A stretch of 64,000 nt of DNA from the human T2T-CHM13v2.0 reference genome, Homo sapiens: assembly GCF_009914755.1 (NCBI RefSeq), contig NC_060940.1; one strand, written 5' to 3'. The notes under the pieces are model-generated. The model had not been told where the DNA came from and did not search any database. It worked only from the letters and a program-made list of their open reading frames with translations. The position numbers and the translations under genes are program-made. Numbering within the stretch: the first letter of the stretch is position 1; each line of letters begins with the position of its first letter. Below, one piece after another: positions 1-17,742 of this stretch.

Positions 1-9
1 TTATTATTG

Positions 10-460
<451 letters not shown>

Positions 461-741
461 TACTTTTATTATCTTAATATCACTCTTCTCATTTCTCTTC
501 TCTAAGCCTAATATTAGTATTTGTGGACATTGCAGGTGGGACACAAGACCTTTGGTGCTTCTCATCTTCCAAGAGGGCACAGAATGGGATGGTGTATGAG
601 GTGGGATATTCCCAGCCAAGGGAGTTCTGGGAGGGAGGTGAAGTTGGGGCAAAGAATTCCCATGGGCTAATGTCCTCTGTGCTTCCCCAACCCTAGTTCC
701 AGCTGATGTGGAATTCTGAGTTTGGCTGCTTTTTCTTTTGT

Positions 742-1090
742 TGATGGTGGTGATGGTGGTGGTGGCAATGATGATGATAGTGATGTTGATGGTGGTGGTG
801 GTGGTGATAGTGGTGATGGTGATGATGAAAGGGGTGGTAATGATGGTGGTGATGGTGATGATGACAGTGATCGTGATGATGGTGATGGTGATGGTGGGGA
901 TAGTAATGATGGTGATAATGGTGATAGTGATAATGGTGACGATGACAGTGATGTGCTAGTGATGGTGATAATGACAGTGATGGTGGTGATAGTGATAGTG
1001 GTGATGGTGATGGTAAAGATAATGGTGATAGTGGTGATGATTATGATAGTGATAGTGATTATGGTGAGGATAGAGACAGTGATTGTGATA
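742..1090. repeat. Degenerate (GAT/GGT)n trinucleotide low-complexity repeat
   Basis: About 350 bp of gatggtggtgatgat... periodicity; source of several compositionally biased ORFs. Confidence 0.95.
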
Positions 1091-1094
1091 ACTG

Positions 1095-1280
1095 ACATTC
1101 ACCAAGTCCTCACTGTCCTTATGATGTACCAGGCACCACATTAAGAGCCTTATATACGATCTGTCATTCAATCCTCACTGCATCCAAGGGTACCCTCTAT
1201 TATTATCCCCAGTTAACAGGTAATGAAGACTGAGGATTGGGAAAGTTACATAACTCACTTACCAGCCACACAACTAGCTA
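1095..1280 (-). mobile_element. MIR fragment
   Basis: MIR core-like tattatccccagttaacaggtaatgaagactgagg. Confidence 0.6.
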
Positions 1281-1309
1281 TTATGAAATGAACAAATATT
1301 ACAAGCTAA

Positions 1310-1632
<323 letters not shown>

Positions 1633-1754
1633 CACAAGGGAAATTTTTTAAAGTGGAAACTCAGAGAATTTAAATAACTTGTCCAGGGGCACAAAGCCAG
1701 GCAGGGGCAGAGCCAGGCAGGGGCAGAGCCAGCCTTTCACCATTCACCATTGCT

Positions 1755-2432
1755 GGCTTTGAACATGAAGCAAGGGGCCATAAGCCAAGGAATGTAGGTG
1801 GCCAAGGAATGTAGAAGCTAGAAAAGGCAAGGAAACTCATTCTTCCTTAGAGCCCCAAGAAGGACAGGCAATCCTGCTGACACTGTTACCAAAACACCAG
1901 GGGATTCGTCTAGGTCCTGCTGCTCACTGCACAGAAGGCCGACACTGAGACAACAATTATTGCTAAGGAAGGAGGCTTTACTCAGGTGTTGCAGCCAAGG
2001 AGCCAGTAACTCAGTCTCACATCCATCTCCCTGACCAACTAAAATCAAGGGTTTATACAGCAGGGAAGAGATGTAACAATGTGTAACAAAACAGGAACTT
2101 GGGACGGGCAAGGAAGCAATCCCGATGAATGAGGGGTCTGGCATCTCATTGTCTGGATGCTGTAATCTGGTGAGTTTCAGTTCTTTGATACTTATTTGAG
2201 AGGCAAGGAATTCCCTCCTGAGGAAGGAACTCAGATAAAACAAACTTTAAGTTTCAAGAGTTAAGACCAGAAAGGTCAATTTCTATGTTTATCAAGAAAG
2301 AAAAAAACTGTCTATGGGACTACTTGTGTTGGTTTCAACACCCTGATTTTCACGTCCGTTGGGCCTCTGTCCTCCAGAACTATAATAAATGTGTGTTGTT
2401 TTAAGCCACTAAGTTTGTGTTTATTTGTAACT
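1755..2432 (+). mobile_element. MLT1 (MaLR) LTR interrupted by an ERV1 LTR
   Basis: agccaaggaatg...agaagctagaaaaggcaaggaaa...ctgctgacac resumes after 2341 with cctgatttt...cctccagaact...ttaagccactaagtttgtg. Confidence 0.75.
1884..2337 (-). mobile_element. ERV1-class solo LTR (LTR26-like; family uncertain)
   Basis: TG...CA termini (tgttacc...ggtttca) with 4-bp TSD acac at 1880-1883 and 2338-2341; homologous to the LTRs at about 10875 and 25251. Confidence 0.85.
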
Positions 2433-3048
2433 GAGACACAGATTGGCATTTTTTTCCACTGTCACCCCTCTTGCCTTGTATCATCAGTTGTTAGTATTTG
2501 TTTTAGCTGGGGAGGCAGCTGGAGCATGAAGTCAACAGGAACAATGATGATCTGCAGGGAGGAAAGCCCTAGGATGGCGGGATAATCCCCATTGTGCCCC
2601 CTCATCATTAGCCACAGTACTTGGCTGGCATTTGAGCAGAGTGGTTATCACAGCAGCGTTCCCTCTCCTGCCCCCGGGTTCCTGTTCTTCCCTCTCTTCA
2701 AGAGCACTCAATGCATATCTCTCCAAACCAGTGCTTCTCCACCTTTAATGTGAGTGATAATAGCTAACATTCAGCACACTGTACTCAATGTGTGAATCCC
2801 CTCACTTAACCTCCATACCAACCCTTGAGATAGATGTTATCATTATCCTTCCCATTTCAGGAAACTGAGGCATAGAGTGTTTAATGAAGAATCACCTGCT
2901 TGAAGGGCAGCTTGCTGGGTCTCCTCCAGGGAGATTTTGATTCAGTAGGTCCAGGAGAAGCCCAGGTAGATGGATTTTTTTTTTTTAATCACACCTAGGT
3001 AAGTCTCATACCTGTGCCCTGGGAGCACAATAAAAAAACTCTGGGTTT

Positions 3049-3325
3049 AGGCTGTGTGCAGTGGCTCATGCTTGTAATCCCATCAGCTTGGGGGTCTGAG
3101 ATGGGAGGATCGCTTGAGGCCGGTTTAAGATCAGCCTGGGTGACATGGTGAGACTCCGTCTCTACAAAATTAAAAGGACGTGATGGTGCACACCTGTAGT
3201 CCCACCTATTCAGGAGGCTGAAGTGGGAGGATTGCTTGAGCCCAGAAGCTTGAGGATGCAGTGAGGTATGATCACACCACTGAACTCCAGACTTGGTAAT
3301 AGAGTGAGACCTTGTTTCAGATAAA
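3049..3325 (+). mobile_element. AluJ
   Basis: Diverged Alu with AluJ-type gggaggatcgcttgag motifs. Confidence 0.85.
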
Positions 3326-3528
3326 AAGAGGAAAGGAAAGAAAGGAAAAAAGAAAGGAAAGGGGCAAAAGGAAATGGGAAGGGAAGGGAAGGGAGAAAGG
3401 AAGGAAGGAAAAAAGAAAGAGAAAGGAAGAAAGAGGAAGGAAGGAAGGGAAGATGGAACTAAGGAAGGAAGAAAGGAGGAAAGAAAGAAAAAGGAAGGAA
3501 AAGAGAGAAAGGAAAGAAGGAGAAAGAC
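3322..3528. repeat. Polypurine GA-rich (GGAA/GAAA)n tract extending the Alu tail
   Basis: About 200 nt almost pure A/G. Confidence 0.9.
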
Positions 3529-3540
3529 TCTGAGTCTAAA

Positions 3541-3730
3541 CCCGTGGTTTTCAACAAAGGGTGATTTTGTCCCCCAGGGGATACTTGCCAGTGTCTGAGG
3601 ACATTTTGGGTTGGGGAGAGGATGCTACTGGCAGCCAGTGGGCAGAGGCCAGGGATGCTGCTGCACAGCCTACAGTGTTTAGCACAGCCCCCAGCACAAA
3701 GAAGCGTCCAACTCCAAATGTCAAAGCACT
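3541..3730 (+). mobile_element. MER20 (hAT-Charlie)
   Basis: gtggttttcaac...gattttgtcccccagggg...gatgctactggca...gaggccagggatgctgct. Confidence 0.8.
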
Positions 3731-3994
3731 CACAGGCTATGGAGCAGCAGTGAGATGAAGCTCTTGCTCTAGCCTTGGCTCCTGCACTCAGAATGAGTCT
3801 TCAGATGTTCTCAGATTACACTTCCAGAGGATTAGGCTGGAATTTGTCTTTCTTGTGAAAGAAACTCTTTGTCTCAAGTGTTGGGTCCTCCCAGGATTCC
3901 TCCCCAAATGGGCTATCTTAGTTTCTCCTCTACTCCTCAATCTCACCTCTTCACCTTCATCCTTATTTCCTATTTCACTGCAAAAGTCAAGGGC

Positions 3995-4224
<230 letters not shown>

Positions 4225-5399
4225 TCAACAGCATCAAATGCTCTCCTCTGCTCCCTTTGTCATTTCTTTGTACTTGGACCTCTTAGATCTTGGACTTCTA
4301 TGAGGTCACAGAGGAAGAGCATGTTTCCAGAAAGAAATTCCTACAATCAGCCAGTTCTGCATAATCTTGTGGTTCACGAGAGGGGAAGGACCACAGCTTC
4401 TCCTTGAGTCCACCTGGGAAGGGCATCTGTGGACACCTTCTCTCTGCCTCCCTTTCCTTCCTCCCAGTTCCTTCCTAGAGGGATGGTGTTTGATTTCTGA
4501 GGCCCTGGACATTTCTTCCAGCTCATCATTCAGGTTGTTCAGAGCATTTGGAAGACGAGCTTTTCTCTTGCCAACACTGACCGCCTCTTGCGGGAAGATG
4601 TCGCAGCATTATTATTTAATAACCCGTGTCTTTCTTCAGCTCATCAAAGACCTTCCAGCTCCAGATAAGGAGTCGGGGTAGGGAGTAAGGAAACAAAGGG
4701 ATGAGGGTACTGGAAAATCCCAGCTGCCCCTTATCACACAATCAATATATTCAATCAATATAGTTAATAGCAATGTGCCAATGTCAGTTTCTTGGTAAAG
4801 TTAACAAATAGTGGAAATTGAGTGAGGGGGGTAGAGGGGAATTCTGTTGGCTCTTTGCAACTTATCACTGCCCATCTCCAGTTTTCTGGTGCCTTTGCTC
4901 AGATGCTGCTGTGGAGTCCCCTCCACAGAGATACCTGTGTCCTTCTCCCCACCTTCCTGGCTCCCAACAGACTACACTGCCTGAGAGAGCTGAAGTCAGG
5001 CATTCATTCTGCAGGGGATTCTGGGTCACAGCTGAGCCAGTCCTATTAGGATTTAGGGGGCAGCCGACCTGTGGGGCCTGCACCGCACACACTCCTTCTA
5101 AGGGTTTCCTCACAGTCCCTGCTGAAGGGGAGGGTCTCGTGTGACCTGTGGCTCCACCCAGGTTGAACGTGCTGAGGCCCTGACCAAAGGCAGGGCCACC
5201 CATAGGCTGCCAGGGGCTGGAGGTGGGACGAGAGGGTCCATCAGAAGTCCTTTCATGAGAGCAGTTAAGAGGGAAGCAGAAGAGTCCTGAAATGGAGAAA
5301 CACCTCAGGGAGACAGAATCTTTGAGGAAGGGGAAGGTATCAGGGAGAAAAGAAAGAAGGAGATGAATGGAGGGTCCCAGGATGGTGAACAATGACTTG

Positions 5400-6797
<1,398 letters not shown>

Positions 6798-6814
6798 ATC
6801 TATACATTCTCTCT

Positions 6815-7100
6815 TTTATGACCCCCGATTTACAGATAAGGAAACTGAGTCTCAAAGAGGTTAGGGCATTTGCCGAGGTCGGCCGTTAGAAAGATGCCGG
6901 ACCATCTACTCATGTCTGCTTGACGCCAATGCCTGCGTCTTCACGTGCTGTTGGTGCGTCCTCCTGAATTACTTTTGTGTCCTTTGACACGTCAGATGTG
7001 GCTGGGGAAACAGAAACTCGCAGAAGTTAAAAAAATGTGCTTGAGGTGCCACTGGAGAATAACAATCATAGCCAGGATCTGAAGCCTGTCAGTTTCCTCA
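6815..7100 (-). mobile_element. Two diverged MIR core fragments (about 6820-6940 and 7000-7100)
   Basis: cccgatttacagataaggaaactgagtctcaaagaggtt; ggggaaacagaaactcgcagaagttaa...gccaggatctgaagcc. Confidence 0.55.
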
Positions 7101-7115
7101 GCCGCAAATTCTTCC
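6915..7115 (+). promoter_or_regulatory. Candidate proximal promoter / 5'UTR of the alternative first exon
   Basis: Motif cluster just upstream of ATG 7116: TGACG half-CRE 6921-6925, CCAAT 6926-6930, CACGTG E-box 6942-6947, TGACACGTCA 6985-6994 and CAGATG 6993-6998. CpGs are locally retained. The TSS cannot be placed from sequence. Confidence 0.45.
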
Positions 7116-7170
7116 ATGTGGGGCGACCTCACAGAGACGGGATGTATGGGACGGCGGAGTGCAAAGAAAG
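7116..7170 (+). CDS. BMERB1: Coding part of the alternative first exon of the short BMERB1/C16orf45 isoform (MWGDLTETGCMGRRSAKK + 1 nt)
   Basis: ATG at 7116 is the first ATG after an in-frame TGA (7080-7082). It gives 18 codons + G and ends at a canonical donor AAG|GTATGA (GT 7171-7172). The phase-1 end joins the phase-1 start of exon 20100 (G+AT = Asp) in frame. This matches my recollection of a short isoform with a different N-terminus. Confidence 0.85.
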
Positions 7171-7819
7171 GTATGATCGCTCTTGGGGGCCCAGTGGCAT
7201 CCTCTCCACGAGGCAGGCTGGGAGAAATCGAGCAGCCAGGAGCTTCTGGGTTAAAAGCAGTGACTTCATCTCTTTGGGAAACGGTGACTCATTAAAAGCA
7301 ACGGGCGGCTTCCCATTACATTCACGTTATAGCAAGAAGGCGAGGCACTTGGTGCATCCCGTAATAGGATGCTTGGGGGTTGGAATGAGCTTCTTTCCTA
7401 CATGAATGATTGATGACAACGAAGTCTAGAGTGCCACCAGGAGCCTTTGAAATGCATTCAGATATTGGCTCCCTGGTCATGGGGCGCAGATCTATTCCCT
7501 TGGGATTCAAGACTCTCTTTTGGGTCAATAGCAGCAACTGGCTTCTTGACAAAAGGCTGGAGGGGGCCCCCTCTAGATTCTCTTCTCAGGGCAGGCATGG
7601 GTCTGTTGGAGCTGCGGGGCTGTGGTCTCACCTAGAGGGGCCAAGAGATGGTCCCCATGACCATGAGTCTGTGTTCTTCAAATTTGATGGTGGCTCCAAT
7701 TTTATTTTCTCCCCAGTGTTAGTCTGGCTTCTTTCAGGGAAAGGCACTGTGATGGCAGGAATAATGCTACTGACCACTCTTTGTGATGTCTAGGCACTAC
7801 ACCAAGCACATGTTGTATA

Positions 7820-8460
<641 letters not shown>

Positions 8461-9119
8461 TATCATCCCATTTCATCCCTACAGCAGCAACTTCATGAGG
8501 CAGGAGTTATTAGTCCCATTTTACAGAAGAGGAAACTGAGACTTAGGGAGATCAAGTAATTTGCCCAGGTCGCACAATTAGTGATAGAGCCAGGGCTTGA
8601 AGCGACGTCTGTCTTAAGCCAATGACCCCTGCAGATTATTAGAGCAACTGTTCTCCACAACAGTGTAAGCCTCTTGCTAGAAGCTCAGGTCCACAAGGGC
8701 AGAGATTTTTGTCTGTTTTGCTCATTGCTCCTTCCCCATTGCTTAGAGCAGGGTCTGCCACGAAGCAGGTTCTCAATGCATAGTTATTAAATGTATATAA
8801 GAGCAAACATATGTTACAGAGAACTTTCTGTATGCTTGTCACTTACATGAATCACCTGTGAGATGGGTATGCTTGTTCCCCAGTGTTGCAGATGAAGAAA
8901 CTGAGGTGCCCAGAGTCACTGATGCATGGCTCAAGCGTGAGAGCTGGACTCTGAAACCCAAAAGCCCATGCCCAGAACCACTCCCCTCTCTTGCCCTCTT
9001 CAAGGGCTGGCCTGGCTCCCCATGGTGCCTGCACACGCCAACCCCTTTTCTTTTCTCTCTTCTTAATTTTAAATCTGTTTTGCAAATGTAACATCTGACC
9101 ATTGGTAAATTGCTAAAAT

Positions 9120-9595
9120 TTCAATGAATATAGTTAATAACAATGCACCAATGTCAACTTCTTGGTAATGTTAACAATAGTGGAAATTTAATGAGGAGTA
9201 GAGGGGAATTCTTTATGCTCTTTGCAACTCTTCTTAAATTTTTTTTTTTTTTTTATTAAAGATAGTGTCTCACTCTGTCACCTAGGCTGGAGTGCAGTGG
9301 CACCATCATAGATCACTGAAGCCCTCAAACTCCTGGACCCAAGCGATCCTCCCACCTCAGCCTCCCAAGTAGCTGGGACCACAGCTGTGTGCCACCACAT
9401 CTGGCTAATGTTTACATTTTATTTTTGTAGAGATGGGGTCTTGCTCTGTTGCCCAGGCTGGTCTTAAACTCATGGCTTCAAGTGATCCTCTTCCCTCAGC
9501 CTTCCAAAGCTCCGGGATTACAGACATGAGCCACCACATCCAGCCACATTTTCTAGAAATATAAAAGTATTAAAAAAAAAAAGTATATTTAAAAA
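9120..9595 (+). mobile_element. Old L1M 3'-end fragment interrupted by antisense AluJ (about 9239-9546)
   Basis: gttaataacaatgcaccaatgtc...gttaacaatag...tttgcaact | Alu | ttttctagaaatataaaagtattaaaa. Confidence 0.65.
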
Positions 9596-10400
9596 CCCAA
9601 ACAAGAGAAAAGGACATATTAGGTGAAAGTTGATTCTCCCCCAACACTGACTCCCCCTACCTGAGTCCCTCATGTCCTTCCCTAAATGCAGCGGCTGTGA
9701 CCCAAGTATATTCCAATGACTGAAATGAATAGCACCCCCACCCCCAGCCCTTCATTTAATTGCCTTTGTTATATGAGCTGGGTTGAAATAATCGCTCAAA
9801 ATGGCTGATTCCTCTTTGAGTAGGACTTAACCCATGGCTGAGAATTGTCCTTCTAGCTTGAGTTCTCACTGAAGTTTGAATGAGAACCGTTTGTTGAGGG
9901 ACCCTGGGAACCACATCTTGCCAAGTCATTTTACATCCTATCCAACACAGGTATGAGGCTGACCAAAACGTCGTTTAAGACCTTTCCAACGCAAAGGACT
10001 GGAATTCTATTCTACAACAGGGGATGGGATAGGTACCCCCAGTGGTACTTTCATGCTTGTACCATCAAACAGCAATGAATTTCCCTTCAGGAAAGCTACG
10101 CATTTTCTCCCCAATTATCAACCTTTTTGATTACCTAAAGGAGAAAGCCACAATTTGGTGCTAGCTTTGTCTTTAATGCCCCTAGTACTTGCTGATTCAC
10201 CTTGTTAAGAAAGAAAATTCAAGCTTCATTCTGAACCTTAAGCAGGCTATAGTATTTAGCAAGAATTTAACAGTATTGCTTTGTTTCCTCAGGTTTATTT
10301 TCATGGCTATTTTCTAATTATGCCAAGTAAGAGTCATTTATTGTCTGTGGATGTCATGGGACATTTCCGTTAGGGAGTTTGAGTAAAAAAAGTCAATGTC

Positions 10401-10811
<411 letters not shown>

Positions 10812-10874
10812 TTAGAGCATGGGCATTGGGATCAGATAGATCTGGGTTTGAGTTTCATTTCTACCACTCATTAT

Positions 10875-11718
<844 letters not shown>

Positions 11719-13093
11719 ATTGAGTGAGTGAGTTTGACCAATCACTTATGACCTCTCTAAGCCTCATTTTATTAATCTAGAAAGAGAGGTTGATATGAGC
11801 TAGATCATGGCTCCGGTAAACACCCAAAATGAGCAAGCTCTGGGGCCAGTACTAGGCACGTAAAGTTATAAAGCAGAAGTAAAGGCAGAGGTTGTGCAGG
11901 GCACCCTGAGCTTAAATTCCTACCATGACCCCTGATTGGAAAAGATGGGCTAGGAAAGGTATCTCTCTGGTCCCCAGCAGTTTAACCCTCCAAGCTTGTA
12001 TTTAAACTAGAAGTTTTTAGATCACCAGCCCTCATCCTCTATCACCTCCACCACTCCTGTCCCTGGGTAGCCTTACTTTTTGTTTTGTTTTGAGATCAGT
12101 GATTAAACCTGCTGGTGCATACCAGGGCTGCCCGGGTGCTCAGCTCTTGTTTGCTGGTGCCACCGCTCAGGAAGCATGCATCTCCCTGGGGTGGCATTTG
12201 GGGATGGGAAGATGGATTTAGCTGCCTCTTCCCCCAGAAGTGACTCAGCTCCTGGAAGCTCAATGACAGCAGTGGCAGTTGGAGCCCTGGGGACGTCTGT
12301 GCCTTCATGCTTTGCTGTCTCCACACAGCAAGCAAGCTCTTGCTTGGAAGTGTGCGTGAGAGACTTGTTGTCTCTAGCCAGCTTGAAATGCTCCTCCCGT
12401 TTCTTCCCGTGATTTGTCCTCCTCGTGGAGACATTCCTTGGCAGCTGTCGGATGCCTGCCTTCTAGTTGGAAAATGTGATCAAGAAAGGAACAGTCTAGC
12501 AGGCTAATTTCTATCACACAAGTTCAGACTGGAAAGAAACTGACTGTGTGTGATACTCATTTATTCAGGTCCTGTATCAGCATTTTTCACTCTGATCTGA
12601 AGACCTCCTTCATTAAGGTCCCTGGACACAACACCCCAACCCAGGTTTATCCTAATCCTTGGAGGTGGAGGCAGGGAATTGTTTCTTAAACAACCTCCCT
12701 AGATATTCACCTTGCCCACTGATGTCTGGGAATAACTACTCCCTCTGTGTCTAAAGCAATACAGTCTACTCAGTTTTGTTATGATGATGATGGTACTTAC
12801 GTAGGGAGGTAGTTCTTACATGAATATGGTTGATTACAACAAGAGCTTTGGAGTAAGAGAGATCTTGTTTTAAATCTCACCTCCATCACTTACTCCCTTT
12901 CCTGAGCCTCGACTTCCCCATCTATGAAATGGGATAACAGCACTGACCACCCAGGGCTGTTTTGAGAATCAGATAAGGTAATGCACAGGTGCTGGCATGT
13001 GATAAATGCTCGATAAATGTTAGTTATTATCGTTACTGGATAAACCTGGCTTTCCTAACTTTTAAACTGGAGAGATTACAGTATACCACCCAG

Positions 13094-13315
13094 GGAAGGG
13101 GTTGGCCAACTTTTTCTATAAAGAGCCAGGTAGTGAATATTTGAGGCTTCGTGGGCCAGGGAGTCTCTGTGGCAACTACTCAGTTTTTGCAATGCAAAAG
13201 CAGCCATAAATGACATGTAAATGAATGAGCGTGATCAGTGTTCCAGAACAACTCTACTTACAACATCAAGCATGGGGCTGCGCTTGGTCCCCTGGCCATA
13301 GGATATCAACCCCTG
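13094..13315 (+). mobile_element. MER58A (hAT-Charlie)
   Basis: ggggttggccaactttttctataaagagccagg...gcaactactcag...aaagcagccata. Confidence 0.75.
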
Positions 13316-13351
13316 GCCTAAGGTATTGTGCAGACTAAATGAGATGAGATT

Positions 13352-13652
<301 letters not shown>

Positions 13653-14569
13653 TTACAATGAGCCCAACACAGTGCCTGATGCAGAGACAGCTCATGGCAA
13701 GAAAGGATTCTAACGATTTGTATCTGATTCAAGCTTTAGGCTTCGTTCCTTTCTCTTGGGGAAGAAAAACATCCTTGAGCAAGACTTTTCAACATAGGTC
13801 TTTGTTCCATTCTTTGCCCCAAATCCAAGCTAAGCACCTGGAGCCTGGCACCACCGCCTCCATCCTCCCCCGGGGATGGAGGTAAAATGCCAGTTCCTGG
13901 GATGTGATTAATTCTCTTCGTCCCACGCCTCGCCCCAGGGTGTGTTGCCGTTTTCAGCATCTGTCCCATGGAAATCAGGTTGCCCATCTGAACTGTGATG
14001 AGAAAAACAAGGATACTCATATCGTGGGGTGGTTAACTACGCACTTTCGCAGGCACAAATGCATTCAGCCCTCACCAGGAGGCTGGATTACGTGGTTAAG
14101 GTCACGTGGTTGTGGAGTGGAAGGGGGGTGGGGGGGGAGAGAGAGAGCACAAGCTGGGTTTGAATACTATCTCTGCAATGATCTGGCTGTGTGATGTTGA
14201 ACAAGTCACTTTCCTTCTCTAAGCCTCAGAGTCATCTCAGTAAAATAGAGATTAAATGAGATAATACACAGAAAGCCTCCAGCACAGGTAACTATTGAAT
14301 TCTTGTACAGAGGAGGAAAGTGACGCAAAGACATAAAGGGACTCATTCGAGGTCTTGCGGCTGATGACTAGTGTCAAATGAGGATTTCTGACACTGCCCC
14401 CGCCTAGCTGTTTTTTGCCAGACCCCACTTCCCCCATGCACTTCCCTCACCCCCTGGTGACTCCCGCTGGGACCCCTGCTGCTTCCAGCCAAGGCTGTGC
14501 TCTGTGTGCAGGATCTCAAGCCCCTGGAGAGAGTGACATTGTTGTCAGGAAGCTTGCAAGGCTGTGGCC

Positions 14570-15025
14570 ATTCATTCTTGTGGGTTTGTGGCCTCCTGAA
14601 GTTCATGTGCATCTTAAAACATCAGAATGTGACCTTATTTGGAAATAAGGTCTTTGCAGGGGTAATTCAGATCAGGATCCAGATGAGCTCACATTGGATT
14701 AGGGTGGGCCCTAAATCTAATGAGACAGAAAAGAAGACACACAGAGCCACCCGGAGGAAGAACCTGTGAAAACAGAGGCAGAGGTTGAAGTGATGCTATT
14801 ACATCCAGTGGCAAAAACCGTAATTACTTTTGCACCAACCTAATACTACAAACCAAGGAGCCAGCGGGGGCTGCAAGGGCCAAGAAAAGATCCATCCCTA
14901 GAGCCTCTGGAGAGCGCGTGACCCTGCCAACACCTTGGTTTCCGACTTCTGGCTTCCCGAACTCCAAGAGATTAAATTCCTTTTGTTTTAAGCCTCCCCA
15001 CTGGCCATGAATTGTTATGGCACCA
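14570..15025 (+). mobile_element. MLT1 (MaLR) LTR with a partial MADE1 (Hsmar1 MITE) at about 14800-14845
   Basis: cagaatgtgaccttatttggaaataaggtctttgcag...ccctgccaacaccttg; internal tggcaaaaaccgtaattacttttgcaccaacctaata. Confidence 0.75.
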
Positions 15026-15503
15026 CGCTTGACTCTGAGATAGGAATGAATGGGGGGTGTCGGACTTAGAACAGCTGCCTGGACCAGAGGCAGCTGTGAG
15101 GGTCAAAAAGCATGAATTTGAAGCCAGACCTGGACTCAGCTCTTTCCCTTGCCAGCGCTGAGCCTTTGTTTCTTTGCGAAAATGAGAACCTACTGAACTT
15201 GCTGGCTTATGGCGAGGATTAAAAGAGGTGATGGGCAGAGCAGGTGCGGCGGTCATAACGAGGGCAATTGCAAGCATATATTAAACGTGACGTGCCGGGG
15301 TAATTCATCCCTCACATCTGTTTTGGGTGGTGGGCTCCCTTACAGAGGAGAAACAGAGCTGCTGAGAGGTTAACCAACTCCCCAAGGCCACACAGCCAGG
15401 GAGGGGCAGAACTGGAACTCAAACCCAGGCCATCTGATCTGGTAAGGCTGGTCTTCTAGCTTGGTAGCATCACAGCACACAGTAGCACTCAGTATTAATT
15501 ATC

Positions 15504-15795
15504 TTTTTTTTTTTAGACGTAGTCTCACTCTGTCCCTCAGGCTGTAGTGTAGTGGTATGATCTCGGCTCACTGCAGCCTCTGCCTCCCAGGTTCATGTGG
15601 TTCTCGTGCCTCAGTCTCCCAAGCAGCTGGGATTACAGGCACCTGCCAGCATGCCAGGCTAAGTTTTGTATTTTTAGTAGAGACTGGATTTCACCGTGTT
15701 GGTCACACTGGTCTCGAACTCCTGACCTCAGGTGATCCGCCCGCTTCGGCCTCTCAAAGTGCTGGGATTACAGGCGTGAGCCACCGTGCCCAGCC
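15504..15795 (-). mobile_element. AluS
   Basis: Antisense Alu consensus. Confidence 0.88.
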
Positions 15796-16523
15796 AATAT
15801 TAATATTTCGATCCTATTCCTCCCTCCTTCCCTCCTTTCTCAAGCCTGTCCTCACTGCTTCAATCCCAGGAGCCACCACAGCATGGTGTCAGGGACAGTA
15901 GTAGGACCCGAAATTGGATTCCAGGGGCCTTGAAGCATAACCAGATGGCCCCAGGAGATCTTTAGGCAGCACATCACATGAGACATTTCCTACAAATCCT
16001 CTGCAAACAGACATCGCTCCCTCTCCCCAAGCCACAGCCTGAGGTGGCTCCTCTGACCTCTCTCCTTCCTGCTTCTCTTTGACACTCCCTCCTCTCCCTC
16101 CACTGTGTCTCCCTTTTCACCCTTCCCTGGCAGAGGCTCGGCCAGGTGGCCAGATAATCTTCGGGACCCGCCATCTTTAGAAGGCAAGGAGGAGGTGATT
16201 GTGAATCTCTCCAATTTCATGTTTTTCCCATTCACCCACCTCCACTCTCTTCCTCCCACTTATACAGTTGTTCAGTGACCCCCTCTCCAACCCAATAGCA
16301 GATTCTGCACTATTTATGTTCTGCACTTATCTATTTCATGAAGTATTGTTGCTCCCTGAAAATATAAAAGAAGCACACATTGCTCTGAGATGCTGAACTC
16401 AAAGAGGAGAAAATCTTCAATAGGCTGATGACTGACAGGTCAAATATTTTCCTCTCCCCATATAATTGCTTGGCCTTTTCCATTGCCTTTGTTACTGTTT
16501 CTCTTGAAAACTGGGAGTTGTCA

Positions 16524-17742
<1,219 letters not shown>

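Noticed and set aside
667-1171. His-, Ser/Pro- and Asp/Gly-rich ORFs
   Set aside because: Translations of a trinucleotide low-complexity repeat.
7037-7405. 122-aa ORF overlapping the alternative first exon
   Set aside because: Non-ATG start and a different frame from the one that splices correctly to exon 2; no recognisable protein.
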